Assembly (NCBI GenBank): GCA_023659985.1
Contig: JAGXOH010000002.1
Coordinates: 1 to 45,903, forward strand
DNA length: 45,903 nt
From: Candidatus Falkowbacteria bacterium LH_S3
GTDB lineage: Bacteria > Patescibacteriota > Patescibacteriia > Patescibacteriales > JAGXOH01
Direction: 5' to 3'
Within the stretch, counting starts at the first letter, position 1, and each line of letters starts with the position of its first letter. Under the pieces are notes generated by a model that was given only the letters and a program-made list of their open reading frames with translations, was not told where the DNA came from and did no database searches. The translations under genes and the position numbers were made by a program. Positions 19,941-29,221 of this stretch are shown in pieces.

Positions 19941-20714
19941 ATGGTTAATTTTTTTACAATTATTTTTTATCAACCCATATTAAATTTATTGATTTTTCTT
20001 TATAATGTTGTTCCAGGATCTGATTTAGCTATTGCCATAATTCTTCTTACGATTATTATTAAGTTAATTTTATATCCTTTATCTAAGCAGTCTATAAAAG
20101 GTCAAAAATCATTACAAGAAATCCAGCCCAAAATGGAAGAAGTAAAGAAAAAATATGCTAATGACAGAGAAAAAATGGGAAAGGAAATGATGCAACTTTA
20201 TAAAGATCACAAAGTAAATCCATTGTCTTCATGCTTTCCTCTTTTGTTGCAATTGCCTTTTTTAATAGCTGTTTTTCATGTGTTCAGAAACGGATTTAAC
20301 TCTAAAGTATTAGATCTGATATATCCTTTTATCTCTACTCCGGAAACGGTTACTAGTATTATTGAATTGTCTCAGCCAAATTGGTATTTGGCTCTTTTAG
20401 CTGGAGCCGCTCAATTTTGGCAGGCTAAGATGATGATGGTTAAAAAACCTGAAGTTCAGAGTAAGGGTTCCAAAGATGAAGGCATGGCTGCTATCATGAA
20501 TAAACAGATGGTTTATTTTATGCCCTTAATAACTGTTTTTATTGGTTTAACCCTACCCGGTGGTGTAACTTTGTATCTTTTTGTGGTTACTATTTTAACA
20601 GCTTTACAACAAAAAATAATGTTTAAAAGCAGTGATAGTAATTCCGGAGATAACAACAATCATAAAAATATTTCTTCTAAAGAAGGTTCAGTAGAAGGGG
20701 AGATAGTAAAATAG
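19941..20714 (+). CDS. yidC: Membrane protein insertase YidC (short form)
   Basis: IQPKMEEVKKKY, LYKDHKVNPLSSCFPLLLQLP, LPGGVTLY. Confidence 0.95.
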   Translation: MVNFFTIIFYQPILNLLIFLYNVVPGSDLAIAIILLTIIIKLILYPLSKQSIKGQKSLQEIQPKMEEVKKKYANDREKMGKEMMQLYKDHKVNPLSSCFPLLLQLPFLIAVFHVFRNGFNSKVLDLIYPFISTPETVTSIIELSQPNWYLALLAGAAQFWQAKMMMVKKPEVQSKGSKDEGMAAIMNKQMVYFMPLITVFIGLTLPGGVTLYLFVVTILTALQQKIMFKSSDSNSGDNNNHKNISSKEGSVEGEIVK

Positions 20715-20715
20715 A

Positions 20716-22150
20716 TGTGAAAAAGTTATGATAATGTCCTAGTACGGTGAAGTAGAAATGTCCTACCTAATGTGATAAGGTATTTAGTTATTTACTAAAT
20801 ATTTAAATCACTATGGATAATTACATCACTATGTCACAAAAAGAAATCAACAAATATGATATTATTAAAAAATTAATAAATAAAGAGTTGAATGGTACAG
20901 AGGTTTCTAAAATTCTAAATCTATCCACTCGTCAAATCAGACGGTTAAAAAGAAAAGTACAAGACCAGGGAGCTAAAGGATTAGTCCATGGTAGTCGAGG
21001 GAGGTCTAGTAATAGAGCTACGCCAGAAAAAGAAAAAGACAAAATAATCAAACTATTACATAAACACTATCATGATTTCGGACCGTTGCTTGCTTCAGAA
21101 AAACTAGAGAGAATACACAGCATAAAAAAAGACAAAACAACTATTAGGGCTATTATGATCAGTGAGGGTCTCTGGAAGCCAAAACGAAAGAAAAAAGAAA
21201 CTCATAGATCATGGCGACAAAGAAAAGCAAGTAGCGGTGAGTTGTTGCAATATGATGGTTCATATGAATACTGGTTTGAAAATAGAGGTAAAAAATGTTG
21301 TCTACTATCCTGTGTAGACGATGCTACGGGCAAAGTATATGCCAAGTTCGATGAACATGAAGGCGTAGAGCCGACATTTAACTTCTGGCGTGATTATATC
21401 ACAGAGAACGGCAAGCCATATGCTATATATGTTGATAGATTCAGTACATATTCAATGAATCACAAGCTAGCCAGTGAAAACGAAGATACTCTAACTCAGT
21501 TCCAAAGAGCAATGGAAACAGATTTAAATGTAGAAATAATTCATGCTAAAAGCCCAGAGGCCAAAGGAAGAGTGGAGGTATTATTTAAAACATTACAAGA
21601 CAGATTAATTAAGGAACTTAGACTACAAAATATATCAACACCAGACAAAGCAAATGAATTTCTGAAAAATATATACCTAGAAGAGTTTAATCAAATGTTT
21701 AATGTCGAACCCAGAACAAATGCAAATTTACATAAAAAATTAATCAAACAAGAATTAGACAAATTAGATTCAATATTTTCTAGACAATATCAACGAGTAG
21801 TTAGGAATGATTTTACTATCCATCACAAAAAAGAACGGTACCAGTTATTAAAAGAACAGTCAGTAACGATATGCAAAAAAGATAAAATAACCGTGGAAGA
21901 GCGGATGGATAACACTATTCAGTTTCGTCTCAGGGGAAAGTATTTAAACTATTCAGTATTACCAGAAAATCAACAAAAAGTATCTCAAGAGAAAATATGG
22001 GTATTACCGAAAACAACTGCACATACACCGCCATCTAATCACCCATGGCGATAAGCAGCTAAATTAGAATATCTTAAAAAATTAACAAAAATGTCCAGGT
22101 AGGACATTTCTAAATCACCCAAAGTAGGACATTTCTACTTCACCTTTACA
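20716..22150 (+). mobile_element. Intact insertion sequence, IS1202-family/ISNCY-like, with 16-bp target duplication
   Basis: TGT...ACA ends. Inverted GGTGAAGTAGAAATGTCCTAC (20746-20766 / 22124-22144) plus extra copies. GAGATAGTAAAATAGA duplicated at 20700-20715 and 22151-22166. Confidence 0.92.
20813..22054 (+). CDS. DDE (rve-type) transposase
   Basis: N-terminal HTH, GELLQYDGS, VDDAT, IYVDR, SPEAKGRVE..F.TLQDRL, C-terminal P...HPWR. Confidence 0.93.
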   Translation: MDNYITMSQKEINKYDIIKKLINKELNGTEVSKILNLSTRQIRRLKRKVQDQGAKGLVHGSRGRSSNRATPEKEKDKIIKLLHKHYHDFGPLLASEKLERIHSIKKDKTTIRAIMISEGLWKPKRKKKETHRSWRQRKASSGELLQYDGSYEYWFENRGKKCCLLSCVDDATGKVYAKFDEHEGVEPTFNFWRDYITENGKPYAIYVDRFSTYSMNHKLASENEDTLTQFQRAMETDLNVEIIHAKSPEAKGRVEVLFKTLQDRLIKELRLQNISTPDKANEFLKNIYLEEFNQMFNVEPRTNANLHKKLIKQELDKLDSIFSRQYQRVVRNDFTIHHKKERYQLLKEQSVTICKKDKITVEERMDNTIQFRLRGKYLNYSVLPENQQKVSQEKIWVLPKTTAHTPPSNHPWR

Positions 22151-22283
22151 GAGATAGTAAAATAGATTGACAAATAAAAATAGACATGCTATCACAGTAC
22201 TTAGAATTAGTAAATAATAGGATTCTTAAATTCCAAAAAATAAAAATAAAAATAAAAAAGCGTTACTTATTTTTGACAAAAAT

Positions 22284-22865
22284 TTGAAAAAAGGAAGCGC
22301 TGCATTCATTAAAATGAACATTTTAAAATGTGATTGGAATAGCTTATTTTGGGTTCTGGCAAGTAGAATAATAGCTTTTGTGGTTTTGTTTATATTTGTT
22401 TTTGATATGTTATTTTTCCCCATACCTTCCATAGCTGGGGCTCAATCAAGCATACAATCAAATATTGCCCTAAAAGCCCGTATTGTTGAAAAAACTGAAA
22501 AACAAGACAGGGAAGTTGCGCAAACAAAGTACTTGCCTTTAAATAAAGATATAAAAACTCAAAAAGCCATTAGAATCTCTTTAACTGCTTATACCTCTAG
22601 TATAGAAGAGTGCCAAGGAGATCCATGTATCACCGCTAATGGTTTTAATTTATGTAGACAGGACCAAGAAGACACTATCGCCACCAATAGATTGCCACTG
22701 GGAACCAAAGTGAAAATCCCGGAATTATATGAGGATAAGGTGTTTGTGGTTAGAGATAGAATGAATAAGCGTTACTACAATAGGGCCGATATTTGGATGC
22801 AAGAAAAAGAAAAGGCTATACAATTTGGAATTAAAAGAAATGTAAAGCTGATAATAGTTGAATAA
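22284..22865 (+). CDS. 3D-domain (MltA/RlpA-like) cell-wall protein
   Basis: TM anchor, TAYTS...C.GDPCITA.G, IATNRLPLGTKVKI, VRDRM, ADIWM. Confidence 0.85.
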   Translation: MKKGSAAFIKMNILKCDWNSLFWVLASRIIAFVVLFIFVFDMLFFPIPSIAGAQSSIQSNIALKARIVEKTEKQDREVAQTKYLPLNKDIKTQKAIRISLTAYTSSIEECQGDPCITANGFNLCRQDQEDTIATNRLPLGTKVKIPELYEDKVFVVRDRMNKRYYNRADIWMQEKEKAIQFGIKRNVKLIIVE

Positions 22866-22890
22866 GTTGATTTATATTATATAAAAAGTA

Positions 22891-22916
22891 AAACAGATCT
22901 TAAGGTCTGTTTTTTT
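22891..22916 (+). terminator. Intrinsic terminator
   Basis: AAACAGATCT-TA-AGGTCTGTTT hairpin plus T-run. Confidence 0.6.
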
Positions 22917-22989
22917 GTCCTTTTTTATTAACAAATTATAAAAAGTTGATAAAATTGTAAAATGGTTTACAATAAGTAAATAGACAATC

Positions 22990-23061
<72 letters not shown>

Positions 23062-23107
23062 CCTTATTGAAAAATTGTAAGAGTTTATTGTTTTAGTATA
23101 AAAAATT

Positions 23108-23392
23108 ATTTAAGTCTAGGCATACCTGGACTTAAATAGAGAATTTTAAGTTAAAGCTTTAATTTTTATAATTAAAGATGATTAAGAGTGAATATTTATG
23201 TTTTGATTTTAACTTAGTCTAGGTAAAAGTGGACTAAAGTTAGGAGCCGTAAAAAAGAAAAATTATTTATAATATACTTAAGTCCACATTTATGTGGACT
23301 TAAATTGTGGAAAACTTGTGATTTATGTGAATAAAAATACTAGTTAAGTCCACGCATATCTGGACTTAAGTTGTGGATAAAATTGTGGATAA
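23108..23392. repeat. Four 30-bp palindromes (same family as 3355-3549) plus co-oriented DnaA boxes
   Basis: Palindromes at ~23108, 23211, 23276 and 23342. Perfect TGTGGATAA at 23372 and 23384. Near-matches at 23306 and 23326. Confidence 0.85.
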
Positions 23393-23463
23393 AAATATTT
23401 TTATTGTAAAATTGCCTAATATTAGATAAATTGTTTTAATAGTTTTGCACAATAAAAAAGGGG

Positions 23464-23492
23464 TTGACTTGATTGTAAAGATGTGGTATCAT
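23464..23492 (+). promoter_or_regulatory. Sigma70-like promoter
   Basis: TTGACT-17bp-TATCAT with extended TG. Confidence 0.55.
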
Positions 23493-23499
23493 AATAATA

Positions 23500-23822
23500 G
23501 AAGTTTCAAAATTTGTTCTTTTCATCCTAAGTTTTAAAAGGAAGTTTTCTAATTTTTATTAGAGATCCTCCCTTGCTTTCTACTAATTTTCTACTAATCT
23601 TTTAGATTAGTAAATTAAATAAAAAAATAAAAATAAAAATAAAAAAGAGCTGGGTAAAAAAGCTCAGTGCAGATTGGTAGAAAGCCAATTTTGAACAAAG
23701 GTATCCGGAGCTCAAAAAACGGATATCTTAGTTCAATAAAAGAGGGTAAAACCTAAAAATTATAAAAAAGTCCGGGTAAAGCCACAAAAATCAAAAAAAA
23801 AGCGGCTACCCGGGTTTTTTAT
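23500..23822 (+). ncRNA. Candidate unannotated structured RNA
   Basis: Upstream promoter, several hairpins, no ORF, and a terminal CCGGGTA..TACCCGG stem plus T6. Confidence 0.35.
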
Positions 23823-23833
23823 TGGTTTTAAGA

Positions 23834-23862
23834 TTGACAAGTTTTAATATTTGTGCTATATT
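23834..23862 (+). promoter_or_regulatory. Sigma70-like promoter
   Basis: TTGACA-17bp-TATATT with extended TG. Confidence 0.6.
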
Positions 23863-24126
23863 AAAATATCAATTGAAAATGAAATTATTTCATTATTTAA
23901 TTGTTCAGAATGGTTCTTTGATAAAACAAAATTGGTGGAAAATTCAGTTTTGCCACTTCTTCTATAAAGAGTGCAGAGGATATTTCTAGTAGAAGTATCT
24001 TGCGCTCTCTTTATATAAGATAGAGATGGTGAAATCAGCGGCCAAAGAACTGCTGGTATTCCACGCTCTTGAGACTATGCTTTGGGATAAATCCAAGTCT
24101 CTTGGGCAAAAAACAAGGAGGGAAAA

Positions 24127-24576
24127 ATGAGAATAAAATATTTTATTTTAGTTGCAATGGTAATGTTTATTGCCTCAGGATGCGCGACTAATGCGCGTCT
24201 GTGGCAGTTAGACAACGGAGCTACATTCAGTTCCAATGGGTTCATAGGACCTAAGGAAATGAGTGAGGCACAGATAAACATGGCTATTGCTGAGCAGATC
24301 AGCAATAATAGCCAAGTAGCTGAATTTGCCGGTGAACATACCGGAGTGATAATAAATTTAGAAACTGAGAAGAGTTTCTATTTTTATCATCCGAACCGGA
24401 GCGAGATGATAAAGATACAACCCAAAGGTTGTAGATTTATAAAAAGCCCTGATATTCCTGATCGCATCTTCGGTAAGTTTAGCAACGAAGAAGGAATAGA
24501 GGAGTTCAAAATCTACAAAAAAAGCAAAGTCTATGATAGTATTAAAATCGACTTTGGTTGTAGAGTAAAAAATTAG
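24127..24576 (+). CDS. Hypothetical lipoprotein
   Basis: Strong RBS AAGGAGG and lipobox ASGC. Confidence 0.75.
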   Translation: MRIKYFILVAMVMFIASGCATNARLWQLDNGATFSSNGFIGPKEMSEAQINMAIAEQISNNSQVAEFAGEHTGVIINLETEKSFYFYHPNRSEMIKIQPKGCRFIKSPDIPDRIFGKFSNEEGIEEFKIYKKSKVYDSIKIDFGCRVKN

Positions 24577-24602
24577 AACTATCAATTACCATTTAGAACT
24601 TT

Positions 24603-24631
24603 AAGAGCTGACTTAAGTCAGCTCTTTTTTT
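24603..24631. terminator. Terminator between convergent genes
   Basis: AAGAGCTGAC-TTAA-GTCAGCTCTT plus T-run. Confidence 0.7.
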
Positions 24632-24633
24632 AT

Positions 24634-25047
24634 TTATGGGGGATAGCTTTGTCCCCCTCCGTTTGTGGTGCTATGATGCAGAGCTCCAAGCACGAAAGAG
24701 GTTATGGCATAAGCCATCATTATTATTACTAAACCTATTATTGCGTGTTTAATTTGGCTTTTTGCTTTATTTAGTTCTTCTTCATTGCCTCCAGCTGTCA
24801 TCCATCTATAACCGGCAATTAAAATTAAAATTATGAAAATAATACCCAGTAAAGACAGAATCGCCCCTATTGCGGTAGCTATTATCCCACCAACAGTGGT
24901 ATCATTGAAGCCGGATTTGGTTTTAAAACTTTCGGTTTGGTTATTAAGCTCGGTAGTGTTAATAAGATTGGCTTGGGCACAAGAAAGAAATCCGCCTGAA
25001 GCAAGAACGATTGCAGTTATAAGAAAAAATTTTTTAAGAAAATTCAT
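24634..25047 (-). CDS. VirB2/TrbC-like pilin
   Basis: Signal peptide and TM-GYRWMTAGGNEEELNKAK-TM. Confidence 0.85.
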   Translation of the reverse strand: MNFLKKFFLITAIVLASGGFLSCAQANLINTTELNNQTESFKTKSGFNDTTVGGIIATAIGAILSLLGIIFIILILIAGYRWMTAGGNEEELNKAKSQIKHAIIGLVIIMMAYAITSFVLGALHHSTTNGGGQSYPP

Positions 25048-25066
25048 ATTAATTTTTGCTAAAATA

Positions 25067-25513
25067 TTAACTTCCTAAAATCAGGTTTTCTAAAATAAAA
25101 GTCCATATAGCGTAAGAGCCGACTACTATGATAAGACCGATTATAGCATGCCTGATTATACTTAGACCTTCTTTTGCCCTTTCTTCATTGCCTGAAGCTG
25201 TCATATATTTAGTTCCTCCTGTAATAGTTAAGATAATAAATATAATTCCAAGTAAGCTTAAAAATCCCTTGACAGCAGTACCTAAAATTTCTGAAACAGT
25301 GGTTTGGTCATTTTTCTTATAACCTCCTTCTGAGCCAGAACCGACATTTTCCAATCTTGTCGAGGCAGAGGGCATACTTTCCGAGGCAGGGGACTCATCG
25401 TTGCTCCCCCTGGCTGTATTAATAAACAAAAAAGATGGAGCAATTAAAACCCCTACTAAAGATACTAAAACAAGAAAATGTTTCAAGTGTTGTTTCTTTT
25501 CAAGAATAGACAT
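25067..25513 (-). CDS. VirB2/TrbC-like pilin
   Basis: TM-GGTKYMTASGNEERAKEG-TM. Confidence 0.85.
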   Translation of the reverse strand: MSILEKKQHLKHFLVLVSLVGVLIAPSFLFINTARGSNDESPASESMPSASTRLENVGSGSEGGYKKNDQTTVSEILGTAVKGFLSLLGIIFIILTITGGTKYMTASGNEERAKEGLSIIRHAIIGLIIVVGSYAIWTFILENLILGS

Positions 25514-25527
25514 GTGGTTTAATATTT

Positions 25528-25989
25528 TTATTTTAAAGTGTTCTCTCCTAGTTGTTCTATGACTAACACGCTAATAGCATAGGCGGCAACTACTATAATA
25601 AGGCCGATGGTGGCTTCAGTTAATATTTTTTTGGCTTCGTCTACTTTTTCTTCATTGCCTCTGGCTATCATCCATAAAAATCCGCCATAGATCATGAGTA
25701 TAAGGAAAATAACACCTAAAAAAGATAAAGCGGCTTGAATAGCAGTTTGTATAATTGGATTAGGGGATGTTTTGGAAGTATCATAACCAGCCTTTTTGGC
25801 AGCGCTATCAAGAGGGTCATTGTTACTTCCATCACTTATTTGAAAGGCATTTTGGAGACTATCTCCCCCATTATCTCCCCCATTATCTGCATTAACAGAA
25901 TTCAAAGGAAAAATTAAAGATATTGCTATAATAGTAATAAGAATCGGGAATAAAAAAATTTTTTTTGGGAGTTGGTGCTTTGAAAACAT
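25528..25989 (-). CDS. VirB2/TrbC-like pilin
   Basis: TM-YGGFLWMIARGNEEKVDEAK-TM. Confidence 0.85.
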   Translation of the reverse strand: MFSKHQLPKKIFLFPILITIIAISLIFPLNSVNADNGGDNGGDSLQNAFQISDGSNNDPLDSAAKKAGYDTSKTSPNPIIQTAIQAALSFLGVIFLILMIYGGFLWMIARGNEEKVDEAKKILTEATIGLIIVVAAYAISVLVIEQLGENTLK

Positions 25990-25999
25990 ATATTTAATA

Positions 26000-26389
26000 T
26001 TAAATAAAATTCTTTCCTATAAAAGCTGTTATAGCATAGGCGGCAACTACTATAACAAGGCCGACAATGGCACCAGTTAATATTTCTTTGGCTTTGCCTA
26101 TTTTTTCTTGATTTCCAGCAGCTGTCATCCATAAAAATCCACCATAGATCGTGAGCAACAGAAAAATAACTCCTATAAAAGATAAAATTGCGCCAATTAT
26201 AGAACCTATTGCTCCTGGAAGTTTTCCTGGGCTGAATATTTCCATCTCTTCATGACCAGTACTTTTTGCAGTAGATTTTATTCCGCTGTCTTTTGTAAAA
26301 TCAAAACTTTGAGCAAAAAGAGGCATTACCAATAAAATACCTGTTAGTGTTGAGAAACACATTAAGCGAAGTTTTGCCTTTAAAAACAT
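26000..26389 (-). CDS. VirB2/TrbC-like pilin
   Basis: TM-YGGFLWMTAAGNQEKIGKAK-TM. Confidence 0.85.
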   Translation of the reverse strand: MFLKAKLRLMCFSTLTGILLVMPLFAQSFDFTKDSGIKSTAKSTGHEEMEIFSPGKLPGAIGSIIGAILSFIGVIFLLLTIYGGFLWMTAAGNQEKIGKAKEILTGAIVGLVIVVAAYAITAFIGKNFI

Positions 26390-26429
26390 AGGATTATCTG
26401 TCTTTTAAAATATTAGTCAAACAACAACT

Positions 26430-26837
26430 TTAGGTAAGTGCGCCTCCGATAAAGGAAGTAATAGCATAGGCAGCTAAAACTATAATAAGGCCGATGATGG
26501 CTGATATTATTAAATTTTTAGCTTTACTGATTTGGGTCTCATTGCCGGCAGCTGTCATCCAGGTGATACCTCCGTAAATTATTAATACAAAAAATAATAT
26601 TCCGATAAAAGATAAGGCTGCACCCACTACGGTTCCTATTATATCAGGCACCTCCTGGTTTTTAAAGTGAGCAAGATCTCCGAAAGCTTTTTGGGCTGCC
26701 TTGTCCAAGCCGTGATTTTCGTTTCCACCGTCTTTAGCACTTTCTTGAGCTTTTGATATTAAAGGAGAAAAGCTAAAAATTACCGCAAATAAAGGTAGGA
26801 GCGATTTTATTTTTTTAACAAAATAATCCGTGTTCAT
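26430..26837 (-). CDS. VirB2/TrbC-like pilin
   Basis: TM-YGGITWMTAAGNETQISKAK-TM. Confidence 0.85.
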   Translation of the reverse strand: MNTDYFVKKIKSLLPLFAVIFSFSPLISKAQESAKDGGNENHGLDKAAQKAFGDLAHFKNQEVPDIIGTVVGAALSFIGILFFVLIIYGGITWMTAAGNETQISKAKNLIISAIIGLIIVLAAYAITSFIGGALT

Positions 26838-26968
26838 ACTATGTTTTTATCAGCTCTTTTCACTGCCGGAACAGGTAAAATTTATCTGCTCAGGCAGTGA
26901 AGCCTTGTTTTCCCCCAAGGCTTCACCAATTTTACTAACAGTAATTAGACTAGAGGTGATAGCATTCA

Positions 26969-27373
26969 TTAGGTGGTGGTAGCATTCATTAATTGACTGA
27001 GCACGAATTTGGCTATACCCCAGGCCGCTAAAATGATAACCAAGCCAACGACTCCGGCTATAATAATTTGTTTAGCTTCTCCAACTTTCTCGTCATTGCC
27101 GGCTGCTGTCATCCATTTAAACCCTCCGATTAAAATGATAACAACCGCTAAGATAGCCAAAAAACCTAAGGCAATATTGATAATACTGGCGATAATATCT
27201 CTGGGATCCCTTTCACCCAATTCGGTTGCTTCTCCATAGGGCATACCGACATCATTCTCGTTTAGGGCCAGTGCCTCCGGAGTTTGTCCTGTCGGTATAG
27301 TGGCTAATACCGGAGTGATAATCAGCAAAGCCATTGCTAAGCCTATTAGTTTTTTTACCATTTTTTCTTTCAT
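26969..27373 (-). CDS. VirB2/TrbC-like pilin (first gene of array)
   Basis: TM-GGFKWMTAAGNDEKVGEAK-TM. Confidence 0.85.
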   Translation of the reverse strand: MKEKMVKKLIGLAMALLIITPVLATIPTGQTPEALALNENDVGMPYGEATELGERDPRDIIASIINIALGFLAILAVVIILIGGFKWMTAAGNDEKVGEAKQIIIAGVVGLVIILAAWGIAKFVLSQLMNATTT

Positions 27374-27557
27374 AATGTTTTTAAATTTACCCCTTAGCCG
27401 AGTATTTTACTCGAGAGAGATTAATTTTTATTATAATTTATTATATTAAAGAAAATAACTTTTATATATTTTAACATATTATATCATCTATCACAATATC
27501 ACACAATTTGATAAAATATTTACATATTCTTAATTTGCGTTAAATATTTTATTTGAT

Positions 27558-29192
27558 ATGAAAAGTCGGATAAACAATTTTTTTTCTACATTCTTTATTC
27601 TTTTTTGGATATTTCTTTTTGTTTTATTGCTTTACAATTCTTTTAGTTATTTGGATCCGGATTTTGGTTGGCATTTACGTGCCGGTCAATATGCGATTAA
27701 CAACCAAAAAGCTCCCATAGTCAATCAGTATAATTATACTTTAGCTGGAGAAGAATGGGTTAATCATGAGTGGCTTATAGATGCTTGGACTTATTTATTA
27801 TATAACAATATCGGCTATATCGGAATTAATGTTTTTTTTGCTTTATTGGTGGTTGTGGTTTTATTCCTTGTTTATAATTTTACAAAGTGGTCAAACAACA
27901 ATAATGAAGGTAGTGAAATACTTATGATGATATTAATGCTTTTGGGAGTGGTGGCTATGCTTCCGCATTTAGGGGTGAGAATGCAAGAAGTTACGCTTTT
28001 GGGTTTGTTTTTGTTATTGTTCTTGTTATATAAATTTGAACAAACAAAAAAATTAAAAATATTATTATGGCTTATCCCTTTGTTTTTCTTATGGGCAAAT
28101 ATTCATGCCGGTTTTTTGATCGGCTTGTTTTTAATGTTCTCTTATGGGGTGATTAAAGCAGTGGAATTACTATTATTTAATAAGGACAAGGATAAATGGC
28201 ATTTTATTGATTTTAAAAATGTTTTGAAGGCTGAGATGATTATTAAGTATTTTATAGTAGCGTTTTTGGGATGGTTGGTGACTTTGTTTACCCCTTACGG
28301 GTGGAAGCTTTATGAGTTTTTAAGCGGATATACTAATTCTTTTTATTTAACCCATATCAATGAATGGTTGCCTCAATATTTTCTCCCCCTACGTTATGGA
28401 CAGATTTTTTATTTAGCTGTGGTGGTTGCTATTTTATTTTTATTTTTTATTCACGCTTTGTCCACAAAGGAAAAAAAATATAAGATTAATTTATGGCAAA
28501 TTTTTTTGGTGGTATTATTTACTGCTTTGGCTTACAAATCTAGGCGGCACTTTCCCTTGCTTTTTATCGTGTCTTTTCCTTTTGTAATTAATTTTTGTTT
28601 GGTTTTCTTTGATTTACGTACCAATGTTTTGAAAACACGGATATCTAAACCGCTAAAGATATTTTTATTAACGGTTATTATTTTATCTTCGGCTCAGGTG
28701 GTGTTGGCTACAAACTTTAGCACAAAACCTTTTTCAAATTATTGTTCTGAATATCCTTGCCAAGCTGTTTCTTTTCTAAAGCAAAAACGCGATCTTCACA
28801 ACTTAAAAATGTTTAATTATTATGGATGGGGAGGTTATTTGATTTGGACATATCCCCAAGGACGTTTGTTTATTGACGGCAGGTTGCCTCAGTACCAAAT
28901 AAATAATAGTACAATGCTTGAAGAATATTATAAGTTTTTTAAAGAAAATATGGCCAAAACAATGTTGGATAAATACGATGTGGATATAGTATTATTTAAA
29001 AAGAGTTCAAAAGATGTTAAATATGATTGGTTTGAAAGGTTTGTTTTTCTTATTAACAAAAGAGAAGTGGCTAATAAAAATAATAAATTATTGGATTTTT
29101 TGCGCGCTAACAATAAATGGGAGAATATTTTTGAAAATGAGCTTTCTTTGGTGTTTATCAAGAAGCAAGTAAAAACGATTGCCGACTACTAA
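27558..29192 (+). CDS. Polytopic membrane protein, putative GT-C-fold glycosyltransferase
   Basis: Acidic DPDFGWH loop after TM1, HEWL, LWANIHAGF, INEW.P, NYYGWGGYL, FIDGR, and >10 TM segments. Confidence 0.6.
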   Translation: MKSRINNFFSTFFILFWIFLFVLLLYNSFSYLDPDFGWHLRAGQYAINNQKAPIVNQYNYTLAGEEWVNHEWLIDAWTYLLYNNIGYIGINVFFALLVVVVLFLVYNFTKWSNNNNEGSEILMMILMLLGVVAMLPHLGVRMQEVTLLGLFLLLFLLYKFEQTKKLKILLWLIPLFFLWANIHAGFLIGLFLMFSYGVIKAVELLLFNKDKDKWHFIDFKNVLKAEMIIKYFIVAFLGWLVTLFTPYGWKLYEFLSGYTNSFYLTHINEWLPQYFLPLRYGQIFYLAVVVAILFLFFIHALSTKEKKYKINLWQIFLVVLFTALAYKSRRHFPLLFIVSFPFVINFCLVFFDLRTNVLKTRISKPLKIFLLTVIILSSAQVVLATNFSTKPFSNYCSEYPCQAVSFLKQKRDLHNLKMFNYYGWGGYLIWTYPQGRLFIDGRLPQYQINNSTMLEEYYKFFKENMAKTMLDKYDVDIVLFKKSSKDVKYDWFERFVFLINKREVANKNNKLLDFLRANNKWENIFENELSLVFIKKQVKTIADY

Positions 29193-29221
29193 AAAATCAA
29201 TAAAGCGCCGTAGATCGTTTA

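Noticed and set aside
25859..25888. 12-bp tandem repeat in a pilin (DNGG x2)
   Set aside because: Only two in-frame copies, which is insufficient evidence for a contingency locus.
24634..27373. Conjugative element/ICE
   Set aside because: No relaxase, VirB4, coupling protein or integrase nearby. Such pilin arrays are chromosomal in CPR.
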